Shown here: one piece after another, positions 1 to 11,746 of the stretch
Position numbering within the stretch: position 1 is the stretch's first letter
Layout: each line of letters begins with the position of its first letter
NCBI GenBank assembly: GCA_003554865.1
Contig: PWHJ01000050.1
Span: 38,981 to 102,980, forward strand
Source: Bacteroidota bacterium
GTDB taxonomy: Bacteria; Bacteroidota; Bacteroidia; Bacteroidales; PUMT01
Length of the DNA: 64,000 nucleotides
Reading direction: 5' to 3'
The notes under the pieces: model-generated
The model's database searches: none
What the model saw: only the letters and a program-made list of their open reading frames with translations
Told to the model about the DNA's origin: nothing
Program-made: the position numbers and the translations under genes

Positions 1-977
1 ATTATGACCATTTCCAGGACCGGAGCAAGAACAGCGAGCATGCTGCAAGCGCCGGTGCCGAATTTCAGCAGTATATAAGCGGGCAGGTAGTGGGACTTGA
101 TATGAATGTTGACTATTTCAACAATACGAGGGTTGCCGATACCTCCAATACTGTCCTGAGGGCCAGTCCGTGGGTCACCAAGGCCGACGAGGAATGGGAG
201 GTCTCTGCCGGATTTCACGTTTATTACGATTACTATGGCGAAACTGGCAAAACCTATTTTTACCCCAAGGCAAATCTTGAGTTCAGTCTGGTAAAGGACT
301 ATGTAGTGCCGTATGTGGGTGTTGACGGCAAGCTTGACATTAACAACTACAGCTCTGTTGCTGACGAGAACTTCTTCATTGTTCCCGGATTGGAAGTTGA
401 GAACACCAGCAATACCATAAACCTTTTTGCCGGACTCAAAGGGAACTTCACAAGAAATATATCTTTCAACGCCAGTGCAGCATACAGGGTGTATGATAAT
501 ATGCATTTTTTCATTAACGACTCTTTAAGCAGGGTGGGCAATCAGTTTATGGTCGTTTATGACGATATAGAAAAGTTTCATTATTCGGGTGAACTGAAGG
601 CGAACCTCGGCAATAACCTGGATATCATGTTTAAAGGTGATATATACAGTTACGAAATGCAAGCCGAGGAGCATCCCTGGCATAAGCCGGAGACTGAATT
701 CAGCGTGCATGCAAAATACAATCTGCAAGACAAGATAATTATGGAGGCCGATGTATTCCATGTAGGGGAAAGGAAAGCCAGAGGCTTCGGTCCGGATGCA
801 GAACCTGTGGTGCTTGAGGGTGTTACCGACTTCAACCTGGGTGTGGAGTACCGGCTGACCGATGTCTTTTCAGCTTATTTAAGGGCAAATAATATTACCG
901 CGGCCAGATACCATAAGTGGCATCATTATCCCACACAAAGATTCTCCATTATGGGAGGGTTTACATATTCGCTCTGA
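1..977 (+). CDS. Outer-membrane beta-barrel protein (putative porin), 5' end outside the window
   Basis: The frame is open from position 3 to the stop at 977 (I translated 3..89 with no stops). The sequence shows alternating beta-strand-like patterning rich in Y/F/G/N. The C-terminus ...RFSIMGGFTYSL resembles an OMP C-terminal strand. Confidence 0.5.
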   Translation, partial: YDHFQDRSKNSEHAASAGAEFQQYISGQVVGLDMNVDYFNNTRVADTSNTVLRASPWVTKADEEWEVSAGFHVYYDYYGETGKTYFYPKANLEFSLVKDYVVPYVGVDGKLDINNYSSVADENFFIVPGLEVENTSNTINLFAGLKGNFTRNISFNASAAYRVYDNMHFFINDSLSRVGNQFMVVYDDIEKFHYSGELKANLGNNLDIMFKGDIYSYEMQAEEHPWHKPETEFSVHAKYNLQDKIIMEADVFHVGERKARGFGPDAEPVVLEGVTDFNLGVEYRLTDVFSAYLRANNITAARYHKWHHYPTQRFSIMGGFTYSL

Positions 978-1072
978 CCCCCTGTTAATGAATCGTCTGC
1001 ACTGTTTATTTCTTGTTTGTAAATAGATCCTTTCCAGGGTTTGTAGCTAACAAAAAAGTGATTTATATTTAT

Positions 1073-1080
1073 TATCTTTG
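1073..1080 (+). promoter_or_regulatory. Bacteroidota -7 promoter box (TAnnTTTG) upstream of gyrB
   Basis: TATCTTTG lies 44 nt upstream of the gyrB ATG in an AT-rich spacer. Confidence 0.4.
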
Positions 1081-1123
1081 AAAGTTAAATTTCAGAAGAT
1101 CATATAATTTCAATAGTATATAA

Positions 1124-3094
<1,971 letters not shown>

Positions 3095-3119
3095 TTTGTA
3101 AATTTCTAAAAAACTGCCT

Positions 3120-4550
3120 ATGCGGAACTTTAATGTAATCCGGAAAATATCAATTTTATTGCCGGCGGTTTTCCTTTTTCTCACCAATTTGCAGGCTTCG
3201 GGTAATGAAAATGAAGATGTTCCCCGTTCAGCCGAGTTGCTGAGCAGGTATATCCGCCATGAATCGATCACGGGAAACGAGAGAAGAGCAGGTATTTTTT
3301 TGAAAAATACTGCCCGGCAAAAAGATCTCCATGTAGAGGTCCTTACCGATGAGCAGGATAGTTATAACTTTACCGCTTCCCTTTATCCTCTCGATAGCGG
3401 CAAACCCAATATAATACTGCTGAATCACATAGATGTTGTGCCAGCCGGTGATGAATCGGCCTGGAAGCATCCTCCCTTTTCGGGAAGGATTGCTGATGGT
3501 TATGTTTGGGGACGCGGAGCTATTGACAATAAAGGAATGGCCGTAATGCAGCTGCTTGCTTTGGGCGAATTTGCTGAAAAAGCCAAAGAAGAGGATTTTC
3601 CGGTGAATATAACAATGCTGTCGGTTTCCGGTGAAGAGACAGGCGGCCATACCGGAGCAAGAATTATTACCGACGAGTTTATGGAGCTTCTTAATCCTGT
3701 TGCCTTATACGGTGAAGGCGGATCGGGGTTGCCCGGGGTGGTCAAAGGGGATCCCGACAGAAAAATAATGGGTATATCTGTTGCCCATAAAAGAAGCCTC
3801 TGGCTTGAGGTTACTCTTGATACAGATATTTCCGGTCACGGTGCCGTACCCCCTGAAACCTACGCGATCAAGGAGAAGGTGGAGGCTTTGGACAATCTTT
3901 TCAACAGGAGGATTCGCACCCATTTTTCAGAAACCACCAAAAAGATGTTCAGTGAGGTGGGCGAGATGGAAAAGGGGATAAGAGGATTTGCACTCAGGAA
4001 TGTCGGATTTTTCAGGCCCTTTTTGGTCCCCGCCCTGAGAGGTGATGATGTTGCCCTTTCTACAATAAGCAATACAATAACCGTAACCGGGATCAACACC
4101 CCGGATCTTCCGCCCAATCAGATAGCCCCAAGTGTTACTGCTGTGCTGGACTGCCGTTTGCTGCCCGGGTTTGCAACCGATGATTTTATCTCCAAGATCA
4201 GGGGTGTAATGGAAAATGACCGTATCAGCGTTGATATAATACAGGAAGGAGTGGCTGCAGATCCTTCACCCTTGAACGAATACTACGGTTTGTTGAAAGA
4301 TGCTCTGGAAGAGGTGTTTGAGGGTTCGGGAGTGGTGCCTATCCTTGTTCCGGCAGCCAATGACAATAATTTTTTCAGGGCCGAAGGTGTGCCATCTTAC
4401 GGGGCACCGCCTGTCTATCTTGAGGAAGAGCTTATCAGATCCATACATAATGTAAATGAAAGAATGCCGGTTGATATGCTTGAAAAAGGAGTGGATGTTT
4501 ACAACGCTCTCATTGAAAAGTTCCTTGAAGGCGAGGCTGTTCTTAATTAA
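3120..4550 (+). CDS. Secreted M20/M28-type metallopeptidase (ArgE/DapE/CPG2 family)
   Basis: 476 aa with an N-terminal signal peptide. M20 metal-ligand motifs are present: LLNHIDVVPAG, GRGAIDNKG, SGEETGG. Confidence 0.8.
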   Translation: MRNFNVIRKISILLPAVFLFLTNLQASGNENEDVPRSAELLSRYIRHESITGNERRAGIFLKNTARQKDLHVEVLTDEQDSYNFTASLYPLDSGKPNIILLNHIDVVPAGDESAWKHPPFSGRIADGYVWGRGAIDNKGMAVMQLLALGEFAEKAKEEDFPVNITMLSVSGEETGGHTGARIITDEFMELLNPVALYGEGGSGLPGVVKGDPDRKIMGISVAHKRSLWLEVTLDTDISGHGAVPPETYAIKEKVEALDNLFNRRIRTHFSETTKKMFSEVGEMEKGIRGFALRNVGFFRPFLVPALRGDDVALSTISNTITVTGINTPDLPPNQIAPSVTAVLDCRLLPGFATDDFISKIRGVMENDRISVDIIQEGVAADPSPLNEYYGLLKDALEEVFEGSGVVPILVPAANDNNFFRAEGVPSYGAPPVYLEEELIRSIHNVNERMPVDMLEKGVDVYNALIEKFLEGEAVLN

Positions 4551-4693
4551 CCGGTTATGATTTGTTTGTGTATACTGACAGGTTAGATGCATTGTTAATG
4601 GGGAATCCGGGTTTTTTTTCAGGAGGTTGTGTGTCTGTAATACAGGATTCATTATATTCGTTTAGAAATAAACAGAGTATTAAACTTATTTGT

Positions 4694-6202
4694 ATGAGCA
4701 TACTTTCACCTGCAGCCCGCATGGCAGCTGTTGCAAGCAGGCGCCGTTTCGGGCGGTGGACCTCCCGGGCAGTTGAGCTTCAGGATAAGGTCTTTCGCCG
4801 CATAGTCGAAAAAGGAAGCAAAACCGCTTTCGGGCGTGAACACGGTTTTGAAAGCATAACCTCTTATGCCTCGTTTGCCGAAAGGGTGCCCGTCAGGGGT
4901 TATGAGGAGCTCAGGCCTTACATAGACCGTATTATGAAAGGCGAAAAGGATGTTCTCTGGCCCGGGCTTCCCAAATATTTCGCCATGAGCTCAGGTACTA
5001 CCTCGGGGGCGAAATACATTCCAATAACTCCCGATTCCCTTCCCAATCATATTGGGTCTGCACGCAATGCATTTCTCAGGTATATAGGCAAAACCGGCAG
5101 GACGGATTTTGTTAACGGCAAGTATATATTTTTATCGGGTTCACCTAAATTGGATGAAAGCGGGCCTGTTCCCTGCGGAAGGCTTTCCGGGATAGCTCAC
5201 CACAATGTGCCTCACTTTTTAAGACCCAGGAGGCTACCCTCTTATGAAACCAATTGTATAGCAAACTGGGAAGAAAAGCTGGAGAAGATAATAGATGAGA
5301 CCATTAATGAGGATATGACCCTTATAAGCGGCATTCCTCCATGGGTTACTATGTATTTTGAAAAGCTGCTTCAGCGAACCGGCAAAAATAATATTCTGGA
5401 AGTCTTTCCCCGCTTTTCGCTTATGGTGCACGGCGGGGTAAATTTTGCCCCCTACAGCGAGAAGCTCTTTAGGCTGATCGGACAGGAAATTGATATGCTC
5501 GAGACTTTCCCCGCTTCGGAAGGTTTTTTTGCCTTTCAGGATGAGTTTCCCTCGGGGGGATTGTTGCTTATTCCCGACAGCGGCATATTTTATGAATTTG
5601 TGCCCGCTGAAAGGTTCGGCGAGGAAAACCCTCCCAGAATACCTCTTTCCGGAGTTGAGCCCGGGGTCAATTATGTAATGATAATCAACAGTAATGCCGG
5701 TCTTTGGGGGTATAACCTGGGCGATACAGTAAAATTTTTGTCGGTTGACCCCTACAGGCTTACCGTTACAGGCAGAATATCCCAGTTTACATCTGCTTTC
5801 GGAGAACATGTTATTGAGGAGGAGGCAGATTATGCCATTGGCAAAGCTTCGGAAGAAACCGGGGCGGTTGTTGGGGAGTTCACCCTGGCGCCCCTGGTTG
5901 ACAACCCCGGTGGTATGCCTTGCCATCAGTGGTTCGTGGAGTTCGAAAAAGCCCCCGCGGATATAAAGCGGTTTGCCGAATCATTGGACAAACATTTGCA
6001 ACATAGAAACGATTATTATAAATATCTTGTGGAAGGTAAAATTATTGGGCCTGCAATGGTTATAAAGGTCCCCCGCGGTACTTTCAACAGGTACATGGAC
6101 TCAATCGGAAAGCTGGGGGGGCAGCACAAGGTCCCTCATTTGTCGAACGACCGCGGGATAGCTGACTGGATAATTGAGAATGTTCAGCCTGCTTTGTCCT
6201 GA
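4694..6202 (+). CDS. GH3 (auxin-responsive promoter) family acyl-adenylate-forming protein
   Basis: The N-terminus matches the family (FGREHGF, SYASFAERVPVRGYEEL, SSGTTSGAKYIP). I place the start at ATG 4694 (MSILSPAARM...). The 44-codon extension from 4562 looks like noise. Confidence 0.8.
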   Translation: MSILSPAARMAAVASRRRFGRWTSRAVELQDKVFRRIVEKGSKTAFGREHGFESITSYASFAERVPVRGYEELRPYIDRIMKGEKDVLWPGLPKYFAMSSGTTSGAKYIPITPDSLPNHIGSARNAFLRYIGKTGRTDFVNGKYIFLSGSPKLDESGPVPCGRLSGIAHHNVPHFLRPRRLPSYETNCIANWEEKLEKIIDETINEDMTLISGIPPWVTMYFEKLLQRTGKNNILEVFPRFSLMVHGGVNFAPYSEKLFRLIGQEIDMLETFPASEGFFAFQDEFPSGGLLLIPDSGIFYEFVPAERFGEENPPRIPLSGVEPGVNYVMIINSNAGLWGYNLGDTVKFLSVDPYRLTVTGRISQFTSAFGEHVIEEEADYAIGKASEETGAVVGEFTLAPLVDNPGGMPCHQWFVEFEKAPADIKRFAESLDKHLQHRNDYYKYLVEGKIIGPAMVIKVPRGTFNRYMDSIGKLGGQHKVPHLSNDRGIADWIIENVQPALS

Positions 6203-6262
6203 AACCGAGGATATCTTCCTTTACCCTGTTACGGTTGTACAGTGTAGTAATGATAAGTAAAA

Positions 6263-7624
6263 ATGAGGCAAATGGGAAATAATCTTTTCACCGGCAAATT
6301 GATGCGGGGTTTGGTATTTTTTCTTTTTTTGGGTCTTACCTTTTCCGCATATTCACAGCATGAAAGGGTTAATATTTCGAAGCGTTTTCTGGCCAGCCTC
6401 ACAGACGGGGACTTCAAAGAAGCATACGGGGAGCTTGATCAAGAGATGGCCGGGCGCATTTCTTTGCCCCAGCTTCAGTCTATATGGAATTCAATTCAAA
6501 CAGAGTACGGCGAGCTTGTCCACCGCCAGGTAACCCAACGGGATACTCTGGATGCGGGCTACCGTGTAGTTATTTTTTGTGCCTTCACCAAGGGCGATAT
6601 TGATATGCAGATTATCTTCAACGATGAAAATAAAATTGAGGGGATGTTTTTTGCCCCCGGCAAATTCCCGGATTCTTACCAGCCTCCCGAATATGACTTC
6701 ACAGACCTTTACTCTGAAAGGGATATAACTGTAAGGAGCGGGGATTATTCTCTTCCGGGCACATTTTATTATCCCTCGGCCGGCAAAAATATTCCTGTTG
6801 TGGTTCTTATACACGGTTCGGGCGGTCATGAACGCTACAGCACATTCGGGCTCAACAAGCCGTTCAGGGATATAGCGGTCGGACTCGCCTCGTTTGGTAT
6901 AGGGGTGGTTTGCTTTGACAAGCGCACTTACGTCTATCCGCGTTTGAGTGAAAAGATTGAAGATTTCACCGTTTATGACGAAATAATAGAAGATGCGGTT
7001 TCCGCTGCCGAACTGGCCGGAAATTTGCCGGAGACAGATCCCGGCAGGGTTTTTTTGCTCGGCCACGGATTCGGCGGCATGATGCTTCCCCGTATTGCTG
7101 ACAAAATAAACGGTCTGGGCGGGTTGATAAAAGTTGCAGCCAATGCACGCCCCTTTGAGCAGGTGATGCTTGAACATGTAAAACACCAGGCCCGGCTGGA
7201 GGGTGATCATGAGCATACAAAAGATGCCCTGAAACTATACAAGCTCCGTGTCATGAGAGTTAAAAGGGGGGATATTGAAGAGTATTCAGCTTCGGAGCTA
7301 CCGCTTAACCTGCCCCCTTCCTACTGGATGGATCTGAATGATTACGATCATCTTGAATATGCCGCAGGTTTGGAAATTCCTGCTCTTCTGATGCATGGCG
7401 GCCGTGATTACAGTGTTACAGAAACGGATCTTGAAATATGGAAAGAAAAGCTCGGGGACAAAAATAATGTGTCCTTTCGATATTTTCCCGGTTTGAACCA
7501 TTTGTTTATTGAAGGGGAGGGGAAGAGCAATCCCGGTGAATACAGGTTCCCGGGGAACGTGGCGATTGATGTTATTCTTGATATTCGGGAGTGGGTTAAA
7601 AACGAGGCTTCTTCGGGGAGATAA
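6263..7624 (+). CDS. Secreted alpha/beta-hydrolase-fold protein with an N-terminal DUF3887-like domain; nucleophile Ser replaced by Gly
   Basis: 453 aa with a signal peptide (the start may be ATG 6302). Hydrolase-fold blocks are VVVLIHGSGGH, LLGHGFGGMM, MHGGRDYSV and GLNHLF. See the related finding. Confidence 0.7.
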   Translation: MRQMGNNLFTGKLMRGLVFFLFLGLTFSAYSQHERVNISKRFLASLTDGDFKEAYGELDQEMAGRISLPQLQSIWNSIQTEYGELVHRQVTQRDTLDAGYRVVIFCAFTKGDIDMQIIFNDENKIEGMFFAPGKFPDSYQPPEYDFTDLYSERDITVRSGDYSLPGTFYYPSAGKNIPVVVLIHGSGGHERYSTFGLNKPFRDIAVGLASFGIGVVCFDKRTYVYPRLSEKIEDFTVYDEIIEDAVSAAELAGNLPETDPGRVFLLGHGFGGMMLPRIADKINGLGGLIKVAANARPFEQVMLEHVKHQARLEGDHEHTKDALKLYKLRVMRVKRGDIEEYSASELPLNLPPSYWMDLNDYDHLEYAAGLEIPALLMHGGRDYSVTETDLEIWKEKLGDKNNVSFRYFPGLNHLFIEGEGKSNPGEYRFPGNVAIDVILDIREWVKNEASSGR

Positions 7625-7639
7625 AACAAGCGGGAGGAG

Positions 7640-8725
7640 TTATATTCTTTTTAGGATCCAGAGCTCGGTTTTTTCTTTTTTTCGCAGCTCGTGAAGCCAT
7701 TTGTTCTTGTTTCGCTTTGAGGGACGGGATGCCTTCATCTCTTTTTTTTCGGCTAACCTGAAACGGTTGTTCTCTTTAAGCTCCTTTTCCAGAGGATGTT
7801 CTGTTTGAAGACCCGCCAGACTGAAGAAGTTGGAAAAAAAGATAGCTATAACCGAATCTTTACCGAGCTTTTCAAAAGCTCTGTCAAAAAAATCCCTGAA
7901 TAAAGAGGGGTGGAAATAGATGCCCCTGTCAATTTCGTTTTCGGGGTTGCCGGGTATCCAGGGCGGGTTGAAGACAACGAGGAGCGGATGTGCAGGGGGT
8001 GTTTCAAAAAGATTTGTTTTTTCCGCCCTTATCCGCGAGCCGAACCCAAGGCGTTTCAGTTCTTTCTTCAACCCATATATCGAGTTTGGATTGATGTCGG
8101 TTGAAAGGATATTTTTAATTCCGTGTTTTAACATTATAAATGAAAGTACTCCCGATCCTGTCCCCACATCTATTGCTGCCTTGTAATTACGGGCATTCTC
8201 CCTGAGCCAGCGATCGAACATAACAAGGTGATTGGTCCGCGTTGGAAAATAAACCCCGTAAAAAGGGTGAATACGGTGATCAAGCATGGAGTAGGACACC
8301 CCCTTTAAATACCATTGCCATGCCCCGTTTAGTCCCAGAACATCGGGAAAGCTCAAATAAAAACTTTCCATCCCTGCATAAAATTCTCTCAGCCACCCGA
8401 TTTGCGGGAACCTCTCAAGTGAAACCTCCCCGTTTTTAACCTCAACCAGAAGCCTGGCGGCTGCGTTGCTCAGCTCATGACGGTAAATGCGCGAGGAGCT
8501 GTAACTGTTAACGGGAAATTTTTTGCCGATTTGTTTTTTTAGCTTCGAATAAACTGAAAGGGCAGAGGAATAACTTCCTTTAATACTCACCTTGTGGCCG
8601 GATAAAATTTTATTTACTATATAACCATATCGGGTGTTTTCATCCGCCTGAAAAAGATTATTGTCCGGTATAACCGGCCGGGGTACAATTATATTGTGGC
8701 CGTCCTGCATGCTTAAGGCACTCAC
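7640..8725 (-). CDS. Class I SAM-dependent methyltransferase (NPPW-type)
   Basis: 361 aa. It has SAM-binding motif I (DVGTGSGVLS) and motif IV (VVFNPPWIPG), which is typical of N-methyltransferases. Confidence 0.7.
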   Translation of the reverse strand: MSALSMQDGHNIIVPRPVIPDNNLFQADENTRYGYIVNKILSGHKVSIKGSYSSALSVYSKLKKQIGKKFPVNSYSSSRIYRHELSNAAARLLVEVKNGEVSLERFPQIGWLREFYAGMESFYLSFPDVLGLNGAWQWYLKGVSYSMLDHRIHPFYGVYFPTRTNHLVMFDRWLRENARNYKAAIDVGTGSGVLSFIMLKHGIKNILSTDINPNSIYGLKKELKRLGFGSRIRAEKTNLFETPPAHPLLVVFNPPWIPGNPENEIDRGIYFHPSLFRDFFDRAFEKLGKDSVIAIFFSNFFSLAGLQTEHPLEKELKENNRFRLAEKKEMKASRPSKRNKNKWLHELRKKEKTELWILKRI

Positions 8726-8817
8726 GGTTTTTTAAAGATCATTTTGGCTTTTCACTAACGCAGGCTTTGCAATCTATATTATTTTTTATCTCTGGCCGCC
8801 ATTGAAAACAAATCAAT

Positions 8818-8825
8818 TATATTTG
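8818..8825 (+). promoter_or_regulatory. Bacteroidota -7 promoter box (TAnnTTTG) upstream of the SMR gene
   Basis: TATATTTG lies 10 nt upstream of ATG 8836. Confidence 0.4.
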
Positions 8826-8835
8826 CAACAAAAAA

Positions 8836-9153
8836 ATGGCTTGGTTTTTTCTATTTCTTGCAGGCCTGTGTGAAACGGCCTGGGTTGTAAGTATCAGGTA
8901 TTCAGAAGGGTTTACACGCATTGTTCCGTTGGTGGCAGGCTTTGCCTTTATGATATTAAGTTTGTACCTTCTTTCACTATCTCTTAAGTCTGTTCCGATC
9001 AGTATTGCCTACGGGGTGTGGACGGGAATCGGGATAACCGGAACCGCCGTTTTCGGTATGATATTTCTCGATGAATCGCATGATGCGCTTAGACTTCTCT
9101 GCCTTTTTCTTATACTTGCCGGGATTGTGGGGCTTCGCATTCTGGAGGCGTGA
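8836..9153 (+). CDS. sugE: SMR-family small multidrug/guanidinium exporter (SugE/Gdx-like)
   Basis: 105 aa with 4 TM helices and a conserved membrane Glu (LCETAW). The protein is SugE-like throughout. Confidence 0.85.
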   Translation: MAWFFLFLAGLCETAWVVSIRYSEGFTRIVPLVAGFAFMILSLYLLSLSLKSVPISIAYGVWTGIGITGTAVFGMIFLDESHDALRLLCLFLILAGIVGLRILEA

Positions 9154-9160
9154 TTTTTTC

Positions 9161-9940
9161 TCATAGTTCAGCTGTTCCTTTAAAAACTGATTTTGCCGGC
9201 CCTGAAAGCCATATGTTACTGAAAGTGCCTTCCCTTTTTCCGTCAAACTGAACTTTTAGCCACCCGCCCCTGGTTTCGACAGGCACAGGTTGTTTTTGAA
9301 AGCCCTCGATAAATGCCGCTATAGCAGAGGCGACAGAGCCGGTGCCGCAACTGAGGGTCTCATCTTCCACGCCTCTTTCGTAGGTTCTGACAAAAAGTGA
9401 GTTATTTTGCTTTTCGGCAAAGTTGACATTTATCCCCCCGGGCTTAAATGCATTACTGTTGCGAATTTTTTTACCCTCTTTGTAAACATCTGCATTTTTG
9501 ACATTTTTCATGAATACTACAAGGTGGGGTGAACCGGTATCTATTACCCAGCCTTCTTTTGAATATTTTACACTACTTACATCGCTGAGTTTCAGATTTA
9601 TTGTACCCCCCTCTTCTGCTACAGCCCTGTGCTCCCCGTCTGCTGCGGAAAAAAATATATTATTGCCGCCAACCCCCAGTCTCCGGGAAAGTGCTGCAAT
9701 GCATCTTCCGCCGTTGCCGCACATTGTGGCTTCATTTCCGTCGCAGTTGAAATAGCGCATATGGAAATCGTAACCTTTCTTTTCCTCCAGCAGCATCAGT
9801 CCATCAGCCCCTACCCCGAAACGCCTGCTGCATAAGTTTGATATAATTTTGCCGTCAGCCTTAAAATGCCCGTTTCTGTTGTCAATTATTATAAAATCAT
9901 TCCCGTTGCCGTGATATTTGTAAAATTCTACTGTAGCCAT
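9161..9940 (-). CDS. dapF: Diaminopimelate epimerase
   Basis: 259 aa. Both catalytic Cys motifs are present (NCDGNEATMCGNG and LSCGTGSVAS), along with the N-terminal YHGNGNDF. Confidence 0.95.
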   Translation of the reverse strand: MATVEFYKYHGNGNDFIIIDNRNGHFKADGKIISNLCSRRFGVGADGLMLLEEKKGYDFHMRYFNCDGNEATMCGNGGRCIAALSRRLGVGGNNIFFSAADGEHRAVAEEGGTINLKLSDVSSVKYSKEGWVIDTGSPHLVVFMKNVKNADVYKEGKKIRNSNAFKPGGINVNFAEKQNNSLFVRTYERGVEDETLSCGTGSVASAIAAFIEGFQKQPVPVETRGGWLKVQFDGKREGTFSNIWLSGPAKSVFKGTAEL

Positions 9941-10102
9941 TTTTAAAGGATAATAAACTTTGTTAAATTGCTGTGCTTGTGCAACACATTGATATTAAAT
10001 TTCGTTAAAAACCTGAACAATTGTCATAGCTGACCAAAAAGGCATTATATTTGAAATAATGCAATTTAAACACATCTTTTTTAAAATTTAAATAAATAAA
10101 AC

Positions 10103-11548
10103 ATGAAAACAAGAAATTTGATAATAGGTATTTTGATTGCTGTAGGGGGTGGACTTGTGGCTGTTTTTGCCTACAATCAGATAGCGGGTCCGCAGGAGAC
10201 AGTTGTAACCTACCGTGAGCAAGCCCCTGCCTGGTATACCAGCATGCCTGAGGATTATGATCCGGAAGGTTTGGATTTTACATACGCGGCCGAGCGCACC
10301 GTTCACGGTGTTGTTCATGTTAAAACCATCAGGGAAAGGGAAAGACGTCCTGTAGACCCTTTTGATTTTTTCTTTGGCCCCCAGAGAGACAGGCAAAGGG
10401 AAATGGAGCCGCAGCCGGAGACAGGTTTTGGTTCGGGAGTTATTATTGCATCCGAGGGGTATATTGTTACCAACCATCACGTTATCAAAGGTGCGGACAA
10501 TATCAAGGTTACACTCAATGATCAGCGGACATTCGAGGCGGAAGTGGTTGGCAGTGATCCCGATACCGATATTGCACTTTTAAAGATTGATGAAGATAAT
10601 CTTCCCTATATTGAATTCGGGGATTCCGACGAACTCAGGCTTGGTCAGTGGGTGCTGGCCGTCGGCAATCCTTTCAACCTTACTTCAAGTGTTACGGCAG
10701 GTATAATAAGTGCAAAAGGAAGAGCTTTCGGAGTTCTGCGTGATGGAGAAATGCCGATCGAATCGTTTATACAGACAGACGCCCCGGTAAATGTCGGCAA
10801 CAGCGGAGGCGCCCTTGTTAACCTGAAAGGTGAGCTGGTGGGTATTCCAACCCTGATTATCTCACCCACCCGTACTTACACGGGCAATGCTTTTGCCGTT
10901 CCCTCGGCCATTGTAAGCAAGGTTGTGGAAGACCTGATCGAGTTCGGTGAAGTTCAAAGGGGCGTTCTGGGTATTACCATCGAGGATGTAACATCCGATC
11001 TTGCCGAAGAAAAAGGTCTTGAGCGTATAAGAGGTGTTTATATTGCGGATGTGGTTGACGGCAGCGCAGCCGATAAAGCGGGTATAAGAAGAGGTGATGT
11101 TGTTATTGAGATTAACGGTGTATCGGTGAACAGCACTTCACAGCTGCAGGAGCAGGTTGGCCGTCACCGTCCCGGAGATGAGATTGATGTAGCCCTTGTA
11201 AGGGACGGAAGCAGAAGGGAGGTCTCAGCCGAGCTGCTTGCAATGGATGACCACAGAAAGCTTGTTACCGAGCATGAAGAAAGAATGCTGGGTGCGAGGT
11301 TAAAAAAGGTTTCCGAAGATCTCATGGAAGATCTGAATATTCAAAACGGTGTTCAGGTTACCGAGCTCGAAGATGGAGAGCTGAAAGATGCCGGTGTAAG
11401 GGAAGGGTTTATTATACTTTCGGTAAACAATTATCGTGTAAGTGAACCTATGGATATTGCAAGGATGCTTGAAGGTCACAGCGGCGGAGTTTACCTTGAG
11501 GGGGTATACCCTGACGGAACCAGGGCATATTATGCCTTCGGCCTTTAA
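10103..11548 (+). CDS. Periplasmic HtrA/DegQ-family serine protease with two PDZ domains
   Basis: 481 aa. The triad context is TNHHVI, DIALLKI, GNSGGALV. Two PDZ-like C-terminal regions follow. Confidence 0.9.
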   Translation: MKTRNLIIGILIAVGGGLVAVFAYNQIAGPQETVVTYREQAPAWYTSMPEDYDPEGLDFTYAAERTVHGVVHVKTIRERERRPVDPFDFFFGPQRDRQREMEPQPETGFGSGVIIASEGYIVTNHHVIKGADNIKVTLNDQRTFEAEVVGSDPDTDIALLKIDEDNLPYIEFGDSDELRLGQWVLAVGNPFNLTSSVTAGIISAKGRAFGVLRDGEMPIESFIQTDAPVNVGNSGGALVNLKGELVGIPTLIISPTRTYTGNAFAVPSAIVSKVVEDLIEFGEVQRGVLGITIEDVTSDLAEEKGLERIRGVYIADVVDGSAADKAGIRRGDVVIEINGVSVNSTSQLQEQVGRHRPGDEIDVALVRDGSRREVSAELLAMDDHRKLVTEHEERMLGARLKKVSEDLMEDLNIQNGVQVTELEDGELKDAGVREGFIILSVNNYRVSEPMDIARMLEGHSGGVYLEGVYPDGTRAYYAFGL

Positions 11549-11572
11549 TGGTTGAATAAAATTTAATATACA

Positions 11573-11601
11573 GGGGTGCCCGTGTGGCACCCTTTTTTTT
11601 T
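11573..11601 (+). terminator. Rho-independent terminator after htrA
   Basis: GGGGTGCC-cgtgt-GGCACCCT stem-loop followed by T9. Confidence 0.8.
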
Positions 11602-11612
11602 GATTTATAGGC

Positions 11613-11620
11613 TATCTTTG
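11613..11620 (+). promoter_or_regulatory. Candidate TAnnTTTG -7 box upstream of rpoD
   Basis: TATCTTTG lies 127 nt upstream of the rpoD ATG. Confidence 0.35.
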
Positions 11621-11746
11621 CAATAGCTAACGTTTTTTACCGTTAAAAAAATGGCTTCCGAAGCATGCCTTTGAAAAAAGGTTAGTGCAATATTTATAAA
11701 CTCCCGGAGAAAAGCTTTTAAATTTGAAAAAATTTTAAAAAGGAGA

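Noticed and set aside
4562-4693. N-terminal 44-codon extension of the GH3-family ORF, and similarly 38427..38468 for the ABC-F gene
   Set aside because: The extensions encode non-conserved-looking sequence. The ABC-F extension would put the TAnnTTTG box inside the gene. The downstream ATGs give canonical family N-termini.
8726-8835. Looked for a guanidine riboswitch (ykkC / mini-ykkC type) upstream of the SugE/Gdx-like exporter
   Set aside because: The 110-nt leader is AT-rich and contains a TAnnTTTG box only 10 nt from the ATG. I saw no paired ACGR-type hairpins or GGGA-containing conserved core.
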